This document shows positions 1 to 13,282 of a stretch of DNA of 64,000 nt, in pieces; position 1 is the stretch's first letter; each line of letters opens with the position of its first letter. Source of the DNA: Hyaloraphidium curvatum SAG 235-1 (Eukaryota > Fungi > Monoblepharomycota); NCBI GenBank assembly GCA_025558095.1, contig JAIVFI010000004.1, positions 496,001 through 560,000 on the forward strand. The letters run 5' to 3'. The notes under the pieces are model-generated. The model was not told the origin of the DNA. It ran no database searches and saw only the letters and a list, made by a program, of their open reading frames with translations. The position numbers were made by a program, and so were the translations under genes.

Positions 1-652
1 GGCAGGCCTTTGTCCTGTCCATGTCGTTCATCTTGCTGTAGGCCAGGGCCCGCACGTGGCTGATTGCCGACTCGAGCCTCCGCTCCTCTGGCCCGCCCGC
101 AAAGTCCCCCTCGGGCTGCTCGCCCAGCAGCAGCAGCGCGTCCGAGAACTTTTCCAGCCTGACGGAGCACAGCGCGGCGAGGTAGCGGCACTGCGGGTCC
201 GCGTCGAGCAGGGCGGGGTGCGATAGCAGGCGCTCGGCGCGCGTGTACTGGCCGGTGCGGAAGTAGATCTGGCCCAGGGCGAGGGCGTCTGCCGGGTCGT
301 CTGCATGCGGGGTCTGAGCGGGCTGGGGCGTGCGACGCCTCCATTTCGACCCACAGGTCATTGTGAGCACCTTGTCGCCCCAGAAGGCGGCCTCGTCGTG
401 CATGTGCGCGTCTGCCGCGCGGTCGCGCCACGCCCGCAGCTCCGCGGCGGTGCGCGACGCGTCGGGCGCGGTTTGGGGCGCGTGGGGCGTGAGCGGGTCC
501 GGCAGGGCGCCCGGGAACGGCGCGAGGTTGGCCGGCAGCGGCGAGTAGCCCAGCGGCGACAGCGCGCCCGGGGACGCGCCGAACGGCGGCCGCGCGGCGC
601 GCTCCTTCTGCGGCGCCGCGGGCCGCGCCGGCCGCGCCCCTTTGGGCGGCAT
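1..652 (-). CDS. CDC16: Anaphase-promoting complex subunit Cdc16/Cut9 (APC6), TPR protein; 5' part only, runs off the left edge of the window
   Basis: Manual translation from ATG 652: ...ELRAWRDRAADAHMHDEAAFWGDKVLTMT-[intron]-DDPADALALAQIYFRTGQYTRAERLL...CRYLAALCSVRLEKFSDALLLLGE. This matches the Cdc16/Cut9 N-terminus (AxFWxDKV, LAQ.Y...GQY.RA, CRYLAA.C). Confidence 0.85.
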   Translation of the reverse strand, partial: MPPKGARPARPAAPQKERAARPPFGASPGALSPLGYSPLPANLAPFPGALPDPLTPHAPQTAPDASRTAAELRAWRDRAADAHMHDEAAFWGDKVLTMTCGSKWRRRTPQPAQTPHADDPADALALGQIYFRTGQYTRAERLLSHPALLDADPQCRYLAALCSVRLEKFSDALLLLGEQPEGDFAGGPEERRLESAISHVRALAYSKMNDMDRTKAC

Positions 653-963
653 CGTCGCGGCGGCGGGGGGACGCAGATCCCGGTTGGTTGACTTTTTAGA
701 CCCGATTTCTGATGGGTTGATTGCCAGCCTTGAAGCTTGAACTGCTTGAACTGGTCGAATTGATTCGGCCAACCTTCAACCCGACGAACTGGTGTCTAAA
801 GACACCAGCCTTGAAACTTCTCCGTCCTCTGCACCCCGTTCCCCACCCGCCCCGCGAGGATGGCGGGCCAGCCGGGAGCCGCGTGGTGCGCATCGCCGCC
901 CGCCGCTCTCCGCGCCGCCAACCGCCCCGCAGGACCGCCGCCGCGCTCGCCAACCCGGCCGCC
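653..963. promoter_or_regulatory. Short bidirectional promoter between CDC16 and THP3
   Basis: Divergent ATGs ~310 bp apart; the core is AT-richer with repeated CTTGAA. Confidence 0.45.
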
Positions 964-3281
964 ATGCAGGCATACTCGTCCTTCTATTTCGCTTCCTCCC
1001 AACCCGCGACCGGCTACGCAGACCCGCCGCCGCCCGGAGTCGCCGCGCCCGCCGCCGCGCCCAACCCCGCTGCCGCGGCGGCCGCGCAGGCCGCGTACCA
1101 GGCGGCCTATCCGGCATACAGCCAGTACGCGGCCCAGACGGCCACGCAGTACGCATGGCCGGCAGCGCAGTACTACCAGGCGCCCGCCACTGCCGCCGCT
1201 ACCGTCACCGGGTGCGTCTCTTGGGGTCTGGGGGCGCTATTGGCGCTCATCGTCCCCCCAATCGCCAGCGCCTACTCCCAAGTCACCGTGCCCGCGCAGC
1301 CCGCCGCGTCGTTCCAATCCACCTCCGCGCAGAAGTATCCTCCCATCGCCGACACGCCGTGGCGCAAGAAGCAGAGCGCGAACACCTTTGTCCAGCAGCA
1401 AGCCCCAGCACCCGCAGCCGTCCCGCAGCCGGCGCCCCAGCCGGCGCCGTCCTACAGCGCGGCCGTGCGGACAGGCGCGTCAGACAGTGGGCATCGGCGG
1501 TTCCTGCACCCCTTGTGTGCCTGACGCCTCGGCCCGCCTCGCAGAACCGGCCTACATCCAAGTCGGCCGCCGCGACGCCCCGTCCGCCTCCGGCAACGTA
1601 AGTGCTAACCCCGCCCCCGTAAAGCAGGAATCCGCGGCTTCGTCCTTTGCGCCGGGCCTGAAGTGGGAGATCTCGCGAACGGACGCCGGATGCTTGGCTG
1701 ACGTGCCGCGCGCCGCCAGGGCATACGTCACGAAGGCTATGCAGATCTGCCCGACAAAGAACCGGGACCACCTGCAGGACTGGCTGCGGACGTTTTTGGC
1801 CGAGATCGGCGACGCGCAGTGGACCAAGGACTGGGACCGGGAGCCGCTTCCTCCGTGGGTCTCCCCGACCATCGTGCGCCCACTGTCGCCTGACCGCCCT
1901 TCCCCCTTTTCCAGACCGTGTTCCGACGACTTCGTTCCGCCCAAACCCGCGGCATCCATCCCCACCCCGGTCCGCACGCCGGGCAAGGCCAAGAAGCGGC
2001 GCAACCCCCTCTCCGAGTCGGACACGGAGGACCCCCCGCCGGTCGCCAAGCTCCGCACGGACGAGCTCGCCAAGCGCGAGAAGCGCGCGCGGCGCTTCGA
2101 TTCGCCGCAGCCGGCGGCGGCGCCGCGGCGGCCGGTCCTGGAGCGGCTGGGGACCGCCGTCGACGCCGAGCCCAACCCGGACGTGATCGACTGGGACAGG
2201 CACACGATCGTCGGGACGTCGCAGGTGCTGGAGAAGCACTACTTGCGGCTGACTTCGGTGGGCTTCACTGTCTGTCGCTCTGTGGGAACCCTTGCTGACC
2301 CTTCCGTGGCCTCCAGGCTCCCGACCCGGCCAATGTCCGCCCGCTCGAGGTGTGCCGGCAGACGCTTAAGCTGCTCAAGCGCAAGTGGAAGGACGAGGCC
2401 AACTACGCCTACATCTGCGACCAGTTCAAGTCGCTCCGGCAGGACCTGACGGTGCAGCGGATACGCAACGCCTTCACCATCGACGTGTACGAGACACACG
2501 CCAGGATCGCGCTGGAAAAGGTTCGATCGCCTTGCCGTTGCCGGCCCTGTGCGGCTCGTAATGAGTTTCGTTGCAGGGAGACTTGGGCGAGTTTAACCAA
2601 TGCCAGAGCCAGCTCAAGCACCTGTACAAGGAAGTGAAGGGCGCGGGGCACGAAAACGAGTTCAAGGCATACCGCGTTCTCTACTGCCTCTATACCTTGA
2701 ACCGTAGAGGTGCGTCTCGGCGTCGTTTGTAGCCCGAGCCAACGTTGCTTACGCTTCCTCTGCCAGACATAAACAACCTCCTGCAGGACCTAACCGCCGC
2801 CGATCGCAAGGACCCCCAGATCGCGCACGCCCTCGCCGTCCGCAAGGCCGTCGCGCACCGCGACTACCACCAGCTCTTCCGCCTCTACCGCAACTACCCC
2901 AACAACATGAGCCCCTACCTGATCGACCACTTCGCGGAGCGGGAGCGGATATACGCCCTCAAGATCATGTGCGCCGCGTACAGGATGTCCAGGCTCGACG
3001 TCGGGTTCGTGGCCGAGGAGCTCGGGTGGACGGGGCCGGACGGGCTCGCGGAGTGCGTCGCGCAGCTGGAGAAGTGGAAGGTGCCCCTGCTGCCGATCGA
3101 GCCCGCCGCGGACGACATGGATCTCGAGGGAACGGTCAGCATGAGGATCGACACCAAGGAGGGCGCGAGGGTCGTCGCGGGGCTGTGGAAGCAGGTGCGT
3201 CGTTTTCCCGTCGCGTAACGGGCATGGACGCTGACCGTCTGGCGGCAGTTCCAAACGGTCGACATCAAGGGCCAGCAATAG
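964..3281 (+). CDS. THP3: SAC3/GANP-family PCI-domain protein (Thp3/LENG8-like), multi-exon
   Basis: [53 protein letters not shown] and [13 protein letters not shown] across exons. The N-terminus is Ala/Tyr/Pro-rich. The last exon reads [10 protein letters not shown] (TAG 3279-3281). Confidence 0.88.
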
Positions 3282-3442
3282 TCTCCATGCGGGTGCCAAC
3301 ACGCCGAGACGCGAGCGGTGCGTACAGAGGCCCATCGGCCCGTCGGGCTGGTAAGTATCAAGGCACACGAGTATCGCGCCGCGTTCGACGGTCTTCGACG
3401 CCATGTACAAGCGGATGTCTCCGTCAATACATGGGAAACCGG

Positions 3443-6053
3443 CTACCCCGACCCGCCGTACGTTTTGCGGTAGAACGAGGGCGGGAGCGACTCGAGGATG
3501 CCGAACCACGGCCTCTCGACCGCCACCATTTCGTTCCCACCCGCAAAGTCCAGGAACATGAGCGGCTGGTACCGGTGGATCTTCAGGAACTGCGTCCCCG
3601 ACGCCAGTTCCCGCGGATCCCGGCCCTCGTCACCCTCGGGCGGCGCCCCGAGCTTCTCCTCCAACAGCTTCCGGTGCTTTTCCCGGCGCTCGCGCTTCTC
3701 GTCCTCGTGACGGTGCTTCTTGCGCACCTTCTTCTGGGCCCCGGGTTCGGCGTCGGGCTTCGGGGCAAGAGGAGGGCCGAGCTTCTTGATCTGCGAGGCG
3801 ATGCGCTTCCGCTTGGCCTGCGAGATGATGGCGTCCTTGGGCATCTTCCCCTGCGGGAGCCGGGGATACATTAGCGCCGACCGTGGGTCCTGCCCAAAAG
3901 ACGAGGTTCACCTTGTCGAGGTCGACCTGGACAAAGAAGGTCACGCCCCAGAAGATGATTGTGCTCGGCCGGGCGGGGTTGAAGGCGATTCCGACGATTT
4001 TGTCGCCGGTCCCAAGGAAGCGCGCGGGGAGGTCATTGGCGTACTCGCGCATCCAGTCCGTGAAGCGGCGGTCCTCGACGTCGTAGCACAGGAACTCGTT
4101 GCTCACGCACGCCACGACGAGGATGCTGTGCGAGGTGGAGTGGAAGGCCATGGCCGTGACCGGGGAGGAGAGACGCGGGACGGTGGCGTGGTGCTGCGGG
4201 GAACGGCGTGAGAAGGCAAAGACGGGCACGAGCGCCGACGACAGATACCTGGAGGGAATCGAGGTTGAAGGATTCGATGTGGCCGCGGCCGTCCACGCTA
4301 GCCAGCCACTGTCCATCGGCGCTCACTGCCAATGCAACGATGCCCCCGCGTCCGACGTGATGCTCAAACACCTTCACGACCTCCATGCTTTCCAGATCAA
4401 TGGCCCGGATGGCGCCGTAAATGTCGGCAACAATCAGGCGCAGGCAGTCTGGGGTGAAAACGAGCGCATGTGCGCCCTCGTCGAAGGGAAGATCGTTCAC
4501 TTTGCGCACCCGCACGGGATCGGCGGCGGGGTCTAGGCGGAAGAGTTTGGTCTCCTCCACGTCCGCCACGGCAACCCAACGCCCGTTCGCGGCAATGTCC
4601 CCGCACGTGAGGTTGTGACCTCCCGAAATCTGGATCTCCAGCACCGCACGGAAGCTTTCCTTGAGCTCGACAGCTGATCGGCGCTTTCCGCCCTCGTCGC
4701 CGGACGTTTCCACGTCCTCCACGCTTCCAAGCCGCCAGAGCTTGACGCTCTGGCTGAAGCGGCACATCAGGAGACGCTGTGAGGGGCACAACTTCAGGAG
4801 CGACCTCGCTGGGAACGGCGAAAGCCGCTTTTGCGCGACGTTCGGAAACTCCTGAGCCGGGCATGTCACCAGCTGCGTGTCAACGCCGCCCGTCACGAGG
4901 CTGTTGATGGGCTTCTCCTCCCAAAGGGCCAGCGCCCTGACATCGTGCGAATGCCAGCGCCGTTCCCCGGAGACAACCCAAGTGAGCCGCGGAGGCACGT
5001 CCGCATTCTGACCCTCAAACTCGTCCACTCGACGCAGCTGGACGACTTTGCGGTCCACGCCGCTGCTGAAGATCGCCGTCCCTGCCCTATTGACGGCCAC
5101 GCACAGGATGTCGGCGGCATGCACTTTCCGAAGGGTCTGCACGATGGTGCACGTGTCCCCGCTGAAGATGTGGAGGTTGCCAAGAGAGGTGCCCGCCACC
5201 AACTGTCCATCCGCGAGCAGCTCGACGGCCCAAACAAGGGTGTGCTCCCGTTTCTCCCTGTCCACCGTCATCCTCTGCAAAACGCGTCCCGTTTGAACGT
5301 CCCATTTCCTCACGGAGCTGTCGGACGACCCGGCAAAAATTGAGCTGTCATCCGCGGACCAAACCAGGGACAGCAAACGAGCTGGGCGAGCCAAAGAAGT
5401 TAGCAAGAACGAGCTAAAGACATGAAGACGGCAATCCCACCGTCAACTCTGTCCAACGCCCTCTGGAACTCCAAATTGCCGTCCGCGACATCGAAAAGCC
5501 GGATGGTCCCGTCCTCGCACCCCACAGCCAGCACAGTGTTCGCGTGATTGGGAGCAAGGCACCAGACGGCTCCGCCGTTGGAATCCAGGCGCCGTTTCGG
5601 CGCTAGAGTGTCCAAATCCCACTCGGTGATCCAACCGTTGTGGCCCGACGACAGGAGCCGCGGTGGAAGCGCGGCCAGCCTCGCTGACCGCTCCGCCCTG
5701 ACCGTCCCGTCCATGTCCTCGTCCTCGTCGTCATCTTCATCCTCCAAAGGCTCCGTTTGGTGAAGCCAACAGAGTCCAGCGATGGAGTAGTTGGTACCCC
5801 CAGGTATCACCTATCCACAGCGTCAGCACTCGCAGTCCCGCCACGGCTGGTCAAGCCACACCTTTCGAGCATGCCAATCATCCGCAGGCGCTCGGATCTC
5901 GATGTCGCCGTTGGCGCGCCCGCATGCCAGAAGGGGTCGCGGAACCGAGGCAGGAGTAAACTCCAGAGCGTTGACAGCGTAGGGTACGTAGTCGACAAAG
6001 CGGCAGCGGTGGACATTGACCGCCGAGGAGCCTGCTTCTGTCTGCGAGCCCAT
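3443..6053 (-). CDS. UTP4: U3 snoRNA-associated WD40 protein Utp4 (cirhin), multi-exon
   Basis: N-terminal VHRCRFVDYVPYAVNALEF, multiple WD repeats (GAVWCLAPN, SSVRKWDV, HSHDVRAL) and C-terminal VAVERPW...LPPSFYRKTYG. Confidence 0.9.
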
Positions 6054-6177
6054 GATTCGGACTCGGCGCCCTTTCGGGCGGTTCGCGGGCTGCAGAAAGC
6101 TCGGCAAAGTCGCTGCTCCTAGCTTGTTTACGGGAGCGTCGATCTGTCGGACTCGTCGGGCGAGACAACGCTCATTC
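6054..6177. promoter_or_regulatory. Very short bidirectional promoter between UTP4 and MMAB
   Basis: Divergent ATGs ~125 bp apart (MMAB start inferred). Confidence 0.4.
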
Positions 6178-7226
6178 ATGCCTTCCCAAGCTAGCCGACG
6201 CCTCGTGCCGATCCTTTCTTCCTTTGTCGCTGCTGCTCCCGTGCCGGCCGCCGTCGCCTCCTCCGGCTGTGCAGCACGTCGCCCTCTTCATTGCTTCACA
6301 AGGCAAGCTCGACCATCCCGCGGCATCTTCCCTATGGCTTCGGAGGTTACCGATCTGTATGTCTGTCCCCGGCTACTAATCTTCGGTCCACTGATGTCTG
6401 GTGGGCACCGCCTTTCGTAGCCCGGAGGCTCCCGGGACGGTTCGGAGAATCCGAATCTATACCCGGACGGGGGACAAGGGGACCACCTCGCTCTATACGG
6501 GGGAGAGGCGGGCAAAGGACGATGTGATCTTTGAGGCCCTCGGCAGTGTCGATGAGCTGACTTCGACGCTGGGACTTGCCTTGGAGCACTGCGAAGCTGG
6601 CGGGGAATCGCTTGCTGACTTGGCGAAAAAGCTGGAGGAGGTACCAAGCGTCGGCTGCTGTGGCACCAAAGCCGGTGCTCATGCAAGCTTCCTCTCTGCC
6701 CCACCGTAGATACAATCGCGCCTCCAGGACCTGAACTCGAACATTGCCACTCCGAGGAACTCGGAGAAGGTGACGCCGGACAGGCTAGTCAAAACAGAGT
6801 TTGACAGCGACGGCAAGCTGTCGCTGGAGCTCGAGAGCTGGATTGACAAGTACGACGACGAGCTTCCTCCTTTGCGGCAGTTTATTCTGCCGGTGCGGTG
6901 TGATTGCAGTCGGGGATGGCCTGAGTGTTGACCTGTCCTTGGCAGTCTGGCGGAGTTACCGCGTCGACTATTCACATTGCTCGAACGATTTGCAGGAGAG
7001 CGGAACGCAGGGTCGTGACTCTCGTTGAAGCTGGCATCGCCAGCCCTGGCTGCCAGAAGTACTTGAACAGGTGCGGGGATTTATCGCAATCGGAAACCGA
7101 TCCGAATTGACTAACTTCGGCATCAAAAGGCTTAGCGACTTCCTTTTCTGCGCCGCTCGATACGCCGGAATGAAGGCCGGCAAGAAGGATCGGATCTACG
7201 TAAAGCGCGATCTTCCTTCCAGTTGA
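6178..7226 (+). CDS. MMAB: PduO-type cob(I)alamin adenosyltransferase (MMAB), probable mitochondrial presequence, multi-exon
   Basis: RIYTRTGDKGTTSLYTGERRAKDDVIFEALGSVDEL, LPPLRQFILP-SGG, HIARTICRRAERR and YLNRLSDFLF. The Arg/Ser/Ala-rich N-terminus starts at ATG 6178; this start is inferred. Confidence 0.9.
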
Positions 7227-7381
7227 ATGCCGCTATGTAGTAAATGCCGAGATTGTATGGCTACATGGCGAAAAGCAGTGATCGTCGGGATGGGGTCTCT
7301 GTGGTCGTCACGCTCCGCCGAGTGACCAGGCGGACGAGTGACGAGGAGGCACGGCCCCCGCCCCTCCGCACATCATTCACG

Positions 7382-10300
7382 ATGGCGGACGATGTTGAGC
7401 ATCGGTCACTCGAGGAGCTTGAGGAGGACATTGCGCCGGAACATGAAGAAACGGGCGCTGAAGGTGCCGATGCCGCCGACGCGTCGGCCGAGGCGAACGG
7501 TGGCGAAGCTCCGGGTGTTGGAGAGGACGGCCCCGACGAGGACGCTGGCGAAGGAACTGGCGAGAATGCCACGATTCTTCGCGGAGGATCGGCCGGGGAA
7601 GGACCGTCCGGAACGACGGACACTGCCGCGCCGAGCGGGGAAGTCGCAGCAAACGGGACCCATCCTTCGCAGCCGGACGCGCCGCTGAAGGAACCAAACA
7701 TGGACGCAGAAGAAGGCGACGGCGAGGCCGACATGGAAATGAGCCCTCCGCCCACGCCGGACCCTCCCGAAATGCCCGTGGCTGCGAACACCGCGGACGC
7801 GTCGGACGCGCAGTCGGGCGGCGATCAACCTTTTCCGGGCGGGTCGTCAAACTTCGCGCCGCCGGAAACCACGTATCAGTATGTTTCAGTGGGGCCGCCT
7901 TCCGCGGACCCCGCGGTCCCTCCACGACCGACCGAAACCAAGAAGAATTCTGCTGTCCCGCCGACTCGCCAGGACCGCTTCCAGAAACTGGAGCTCCGCA
8001 TAGCCAACGACCCGTGGGACACTGATGCCTGGCTGGGTTTGCTGGGGGAGGCAATGAGACGCGGCGAGCAGTCGATTATCCAGGATTCGTTTGAGCGCTT
8101 CCTGAAGCAGTTTCCGACGTCGGTGAGTAGACGCGTGTCTTTCAATTTGCTCAAATCCCAGAACATCCGTTTCAGGCTCGGCATTGGATTGCGTATGCCG
8201 ACTTTGAGATTGCTCGCGGTGACGTCCAGCGAATCGAATCCATATTTGCTCGCTGCCTCCGCTCCGTCCTCGATGTCGATTTGTGGAACTGCTACTTGTC
8301 GTATGTGCGGAAACGATACAACAATGACAAGGATGCCACGCATCGTTCGACCGTTCAGAAGGCGTTCGAGTTCGTGCTACAGAATGTCGGGCTGGACAAA
8401 GACTCCGGGCCGCTCTGGGGAGACTACATCGCCTTCTTGAAAACCGGCGAGGTAAGCGTCGTTGTAGGCCATGTGTCTGCCTGGGGGATGTTGTGGCTTT
8501 CCTTGTGCCCGGGTCGTGAGAATCGATACGGCCATTCGTTCGCGCCGCGCGTGTCTCGTTCCTTCCTCATTTCGTCTTGCTTCCTTCAAACCCTTTGCTT
8601 CCGATCGTGATGCCCAAAGACACGCAGCACGTATGAAGAGCAGCAGAAGATGGATCTCCTACGAAAAACCTATCATCGCGCCCTTTCCGCGCCCATCGCC
8701 AACATCGAGCAGCTGTGGCGGGATTACGATTCCTATGAGAACGGTCTTAGCCGGATGACGGTGCGATCCGCGGCGTGCCAGCACCTCGTTCAAGAGACTT
8801 ACATGTTGCCGCATGTCGCTGCAGGCCAAGAAGTTCATTTCGGATCGATCACCCGGTTATATGCTCGCCCGAAGTGCGCAGAGGGAGCTCCGGATTCGCC
8901 TAGAATCCCTCGACATCGCCCAGAAGAATTGGCTTGCCAAGCCCCCTACGTGGAGCGAGAAGGAGTGCCAGATCGTGAGTTGCAAGGGATCTTGCTGCGG
9001 TTTGTACAAACCAGCTCTCTTCAGCTCATGACATGGAAGCGCTACATCGAGTGGGAGCGATCGAACCCCATGAAGCTGGATGACAAATCGGGGCTCGCGA
9101 ACCGCGTCGTTTACGCATACAAAAGGGCCCTCTTGATGCTGCGCATGTTCCCGGAACTCTGGTGAGATCGTGTCTTCGCTTCGCATCGCGCACTGACAGC
9201 TCCCAACAAGGCACGAGGCATCTGCGTATCTGAGCGAAGTCGGCAGGGGCGAGGATGCTGTCGCGATGCTGAAACAGGGTGTTGAGGCAGTTCCCACAAG
9301 GTATGCAGTTGCTGTGTCCACAGACTGCGCGCCTCTGACCTGCCCTTAGTATTCTGCTGCACATGTCACTCGCCGACCTTCTCGAAACCCGAAACCAAGT
9401 TCCTGCAGCGAAGCAGCTGTACGAAACGCTGCTCACCAACTTGGAGCAGTCGATCGCGGACATTACCTCTCGGGCGGAAGCCGAAAAGATCAGGGTCGTG
9501 AGCGCGCTGGCACAGCAGCACAAGGCCGGTCCACCCGGTGCAATCATGGACGGAGAGGAGAGGGAAGAACGCCGACAGAAGGAAAAGGCCGCGGTGGACA
9601 AGGTGGAAGCTGCCAGGTTGAAGGACGTTGGCGACGTGAAAGAAAGCTTGGCCTTGGCCTGGATCTTCTACATGCGATTTTCTCGCCGGACGGAGGTACC
9701 TTGAATCCGTGGTGAGCCTTGATTCCCGACTTACGCCCGTTTTGCCGCAGAACATCAAGGCCGCGCGTGCTGTTTTCTCGAGGGCTCGTAAATCGCCGAA
9801 CTGTTTGCCTCACGTCTATGTTGCCTCGGGTAAGAGGGAACCTCAATTTCACTCCTTCCTCTAAATGCCACTGGCAGCCCTCATGGAGCACTACATCAGC
9901 AAGGATCCCCAAGTTGCGGGCCGCATATTCGAGTTGGGACTCAAGAACATCCCCGAGGGGAGCGGCGAGCTTCTTGTGGGGTACACATCCGAGTATTTGG
10001 ATTGGCTTATTTCCCAGAATGACGATAACAGTGAGTCCAGCAAAGTGTCCCAGTTCATTGGAGCCCGCTGATCGATTGGCTGGCAGACACGCGAGCTTTG
10101 TTTGAGCGGTCTCTTCTGGCAGTACCCGCGGATAAGGCTCGAGTCATATGGTCCAAGTTTGCTGCCTACGAAGCGCAGTTTGGGGATCTTGGAAGCTTGC
10201 TGCGCGTGGAAAAGCGCCGAGCGGAGGCGTTCCCCGAAGGTGACGAGGTCATGCTTTCACTCGCCCTGATTAATGACACGATCTCCCGCAGACAACTACC

Positions 10301-11050
10301 ATTTGGCCGGTCTCTCCAATGTTGCGGACCGCTACACTTATCTTGATTTGAAGGTCGTGGCAGTTCGGGAGCTTGGCTTGCCGGCGCTGCAGGGAATGGA
10401 CAAAGCCATGCTTCTGAAGCCGAAGGCTCGAGTCGGACCATCTTTGCCAACTGCCGACAGTCGCAACAAGGTGGATGCGCTGGAATCGAAATCGTCCAAG
10501 CACCCGCTGGATTCCTTCCATCCCGAGCGGTATCCGCGCCCCGACTTTGGTCGCTACGCGGCCCACAAGCTGGAGGCGACGGCTGTCGCGGTCGCAAAGG
10601 TCAAACAGGAGCGCGAGGATCGCCCTCAAATGCCCAGCGCAATGGTGCAAGTCGCCCCTCCAACGATGCCGCCGGCGAATCAGACACCCGTTGTACTTCC
10701 AACGCTTCCTGGCGGCGGTCCCTTGCCGGAGCTCGTTGCTCGTCTTATTTCCCTGCTCCCACCTCCTCATCAGTACACCGGTAAGCAACGGTTCGGCGCT
10801 CAGTCCCCTTCACATGTGCAACTACTTCCCCATAGGCCCGGTCTTGCCCAGTGACGACCTGATCGCTTACATCCGATCTCTTCCTATACCGATGCCCGGA
10901 GCGACGGCCACATTTCCACCTCAGGGGGAAGTTTACGGACAATACCCGCCATCGGGCGCTTCGGGAGCGTGGAACGCGCCGCGTGGGGGACCTGCAAAGC
11001 GACGGAACGACGAGGACGATCGCGGCCGGCCCAAGAGGTTCCGTGATTGA
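7382..11050 (+). CDS. RNA14: mRNA 3'-end processing factor Rna14/CstF-77 (HAT repeats), multi-exon
   Basis: [83 protein letters not shown] and RIFELGLK. Confidence 0.92.
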
Positions 11051-11088
11051 GAGGAAGATGTGTAGTTTGTCTCTGAGCACGAAAATCC

Positions 11089-12600
11089 TCAAATCTCCAG
11101 CGCGAATCCAATCCCGACCTTGCCGGCACCACCCTGCCCCTTCGAGTAGTCCATTTCGCCAGTGAGCTGCAGAGCAAGCGTTGAGAACCAGGAGACAATC
11201 GCCGAGCAATTAAAGGCGAACCCAACTGACCTGCAAAGTCAATCCCTGCGCCATGCGTTCCTCCATCACCGTCTGCACTTTCCCGTGCGTGTCGACGCTG
11301 CCGCGAATCGTGGCGAAGATCGTGTCGACCTTGAAACCAACGGTCGCAACGGCCTCGCGCCTCCCGCCCCCAATCAGGGCCTGGATCTCGGAGCCCAACT
11401 CAGCGCGCTGGTTCAGGCGGTGGTAGTAGGATGCGTGGAGGATGCCCGCCGCGGGCTGGTAGGTTGCAGTGAAGGTGTAGGAGGGGTCCAGGGGCATCGG
11501 CGGCGGCATGCCCGGCGGCGGAGGGGGTAGCTCCTTGATCACCGACGGCTTCCCCGAGTAACGGGCGACGAGCGAGATCGTCTGCTCCTCCACCTCCGGC
11601 GTCGGCTTCTGCAGCAGAAACTCGCCGCCGAGGGCAAGGTTCTGGGTCACGGACTGCAGGTAGGAGGCGACGAAGATGCCCGTGAAGGTCGAGTTGTACC
11701 ATTTGCCGAAGCCGCTCTGGGGCTTCCCTTTGGAGAAGGAAGGCGGCAGGTCGATGGGATTCGGATTGACGACCTTCACGTTGAGGGAAAAGTCCGACCC
11801 GACGTAGTCGTGCTCCACTTGGAGCATCGAGTTGCCTCCGGCCGGGGCCAGCTGGGCCTGGAACTTCGTGGTGGATTGGCGTTTGGGAGCCGGCGGCGCC
11901 GCCGGCGGCATCAGCTGGCCCGGATTGTCCGGGTCCTCGACCGGCTGCGGCATCGGGGGCTGCTCGAACCAGTTGTAGTTGACCCGCGCGTTCAGGGTGG
12001 CATCGCTATCGATCTGCCCCTGCAAGAAGACCTGTGAAATGCAGAAGCGATCGCAGATCAGGGCGCCGGGATTCAAAGAGGTGGAAGAGCCCTCCACATA
12101 CGCGATCGCCGACGTACACCGTGCTGAAGTTGTACATGTTCGGGTACTGCTGCGACGCCCAGGAGAGCGAATGCGCAACTTGAAAGTTGGGCGACAGCAG
12201 AGACGTGAGCTCGACTTTGCCGCCATCGAACGAGTACAGCGACGGGAGCAGGCCTGGTAACGTCGACAGCGGAAGCAGAGGCGCTGCCGTGGTCAGGCGA
12301 TGGTTTCGCCAACTGTAGGCGGAGGGACCGACCTCGGACTTCCCGGTGCAGGTTCTCAAAGCTGCCCGGCGACGGCAGATTGAGGCGCTCGCGGATGTGT
12401 GCGAAGCGGTCGATGTAGCTCCACAGCCCCGACGACGCGCGTTTCGGGGCCGATACGGCGGATCCGGCAGAGGCGGCGCCGCTTCCCGTCGAGAGCCCAG
12501 ATTTGCCGCCGCCGAGCAAATCCGAAGCGGAGACGCCGCCGTACGCCGGAGGCGCGCGGCCCGCATCAGGGACTAGCAGCCCTTCGCCCTTGGACGCCAT
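11089..12600 (-). CDS. TOM40: Mitochondrial outer-membrane import channel Tom40, multi-exon
   Basis: RERLNLPSPGSFENLHREV, LSPNFQVAHS, EHDYVGSDFSLNVKVVNPNP and SYLQSVTQNLALGGE. The last exon reads LTGEMDYSKGQGGAGKVGIGFALEI* (beta-signal-like). Confidence 0.93.
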
Positions 12601-13282
12601 CGCCACGTCCGGTTGCGTCGCGGCGCCGGACTATTTAGAAAACGATGCGCCGCAAACCCTTTCCTTTCAACAAACACAATGCGACACAGCTCGGACTCTG
12701 ACGCTCTGCTGATGAAGCTCCTCGTTTTCCGTCGCCGAGATTCACATCGCTCTTAAAAACTCGCCCGCGAACGTCGTGAGACCTGAGCTGGGCGCGTCCT
12801 GGAGAGCGAGACATGTCCAGCCCGCGAAAAACCACGCGGCGCGAGCCAACGAGCGAACTTGGCTCGCTGGCGGCATCCACTAAATGGATGTCGTCTTTCA
12901 GATGTGTATTCGGTCGTGATGGCGCCGACAACTGGATGCTGGTCCTCATCGATGCGAGAGTGATCCATCAGACCAAACCACACAGCTAGATAATAGATCT
13001 GCAGTCGATGCTTTGTTTTCAACCATTTCCTCGAACTTTTCCGTGGTTCGCCGCCGTATTTCGATTCGTTGGTGCAAGAAGGCCCGGGCGGGGAGCCGAA
13101 GGTCAGTCCGGCCAAACCCACACCACACCTCGCACGCCGCTTTCCAGCCGCATCGAGGCCCGCTCGCCCAACGATTGCTTGCTGAAACTCGGCTACGTTG
13201 AAGCCGCATCGCGTTCCGCCCGACGTCGCGTCGCTAGCTGTCGACCATCGCGTGAAGCCTTCGTTTCCCAACCGCCAGCACA

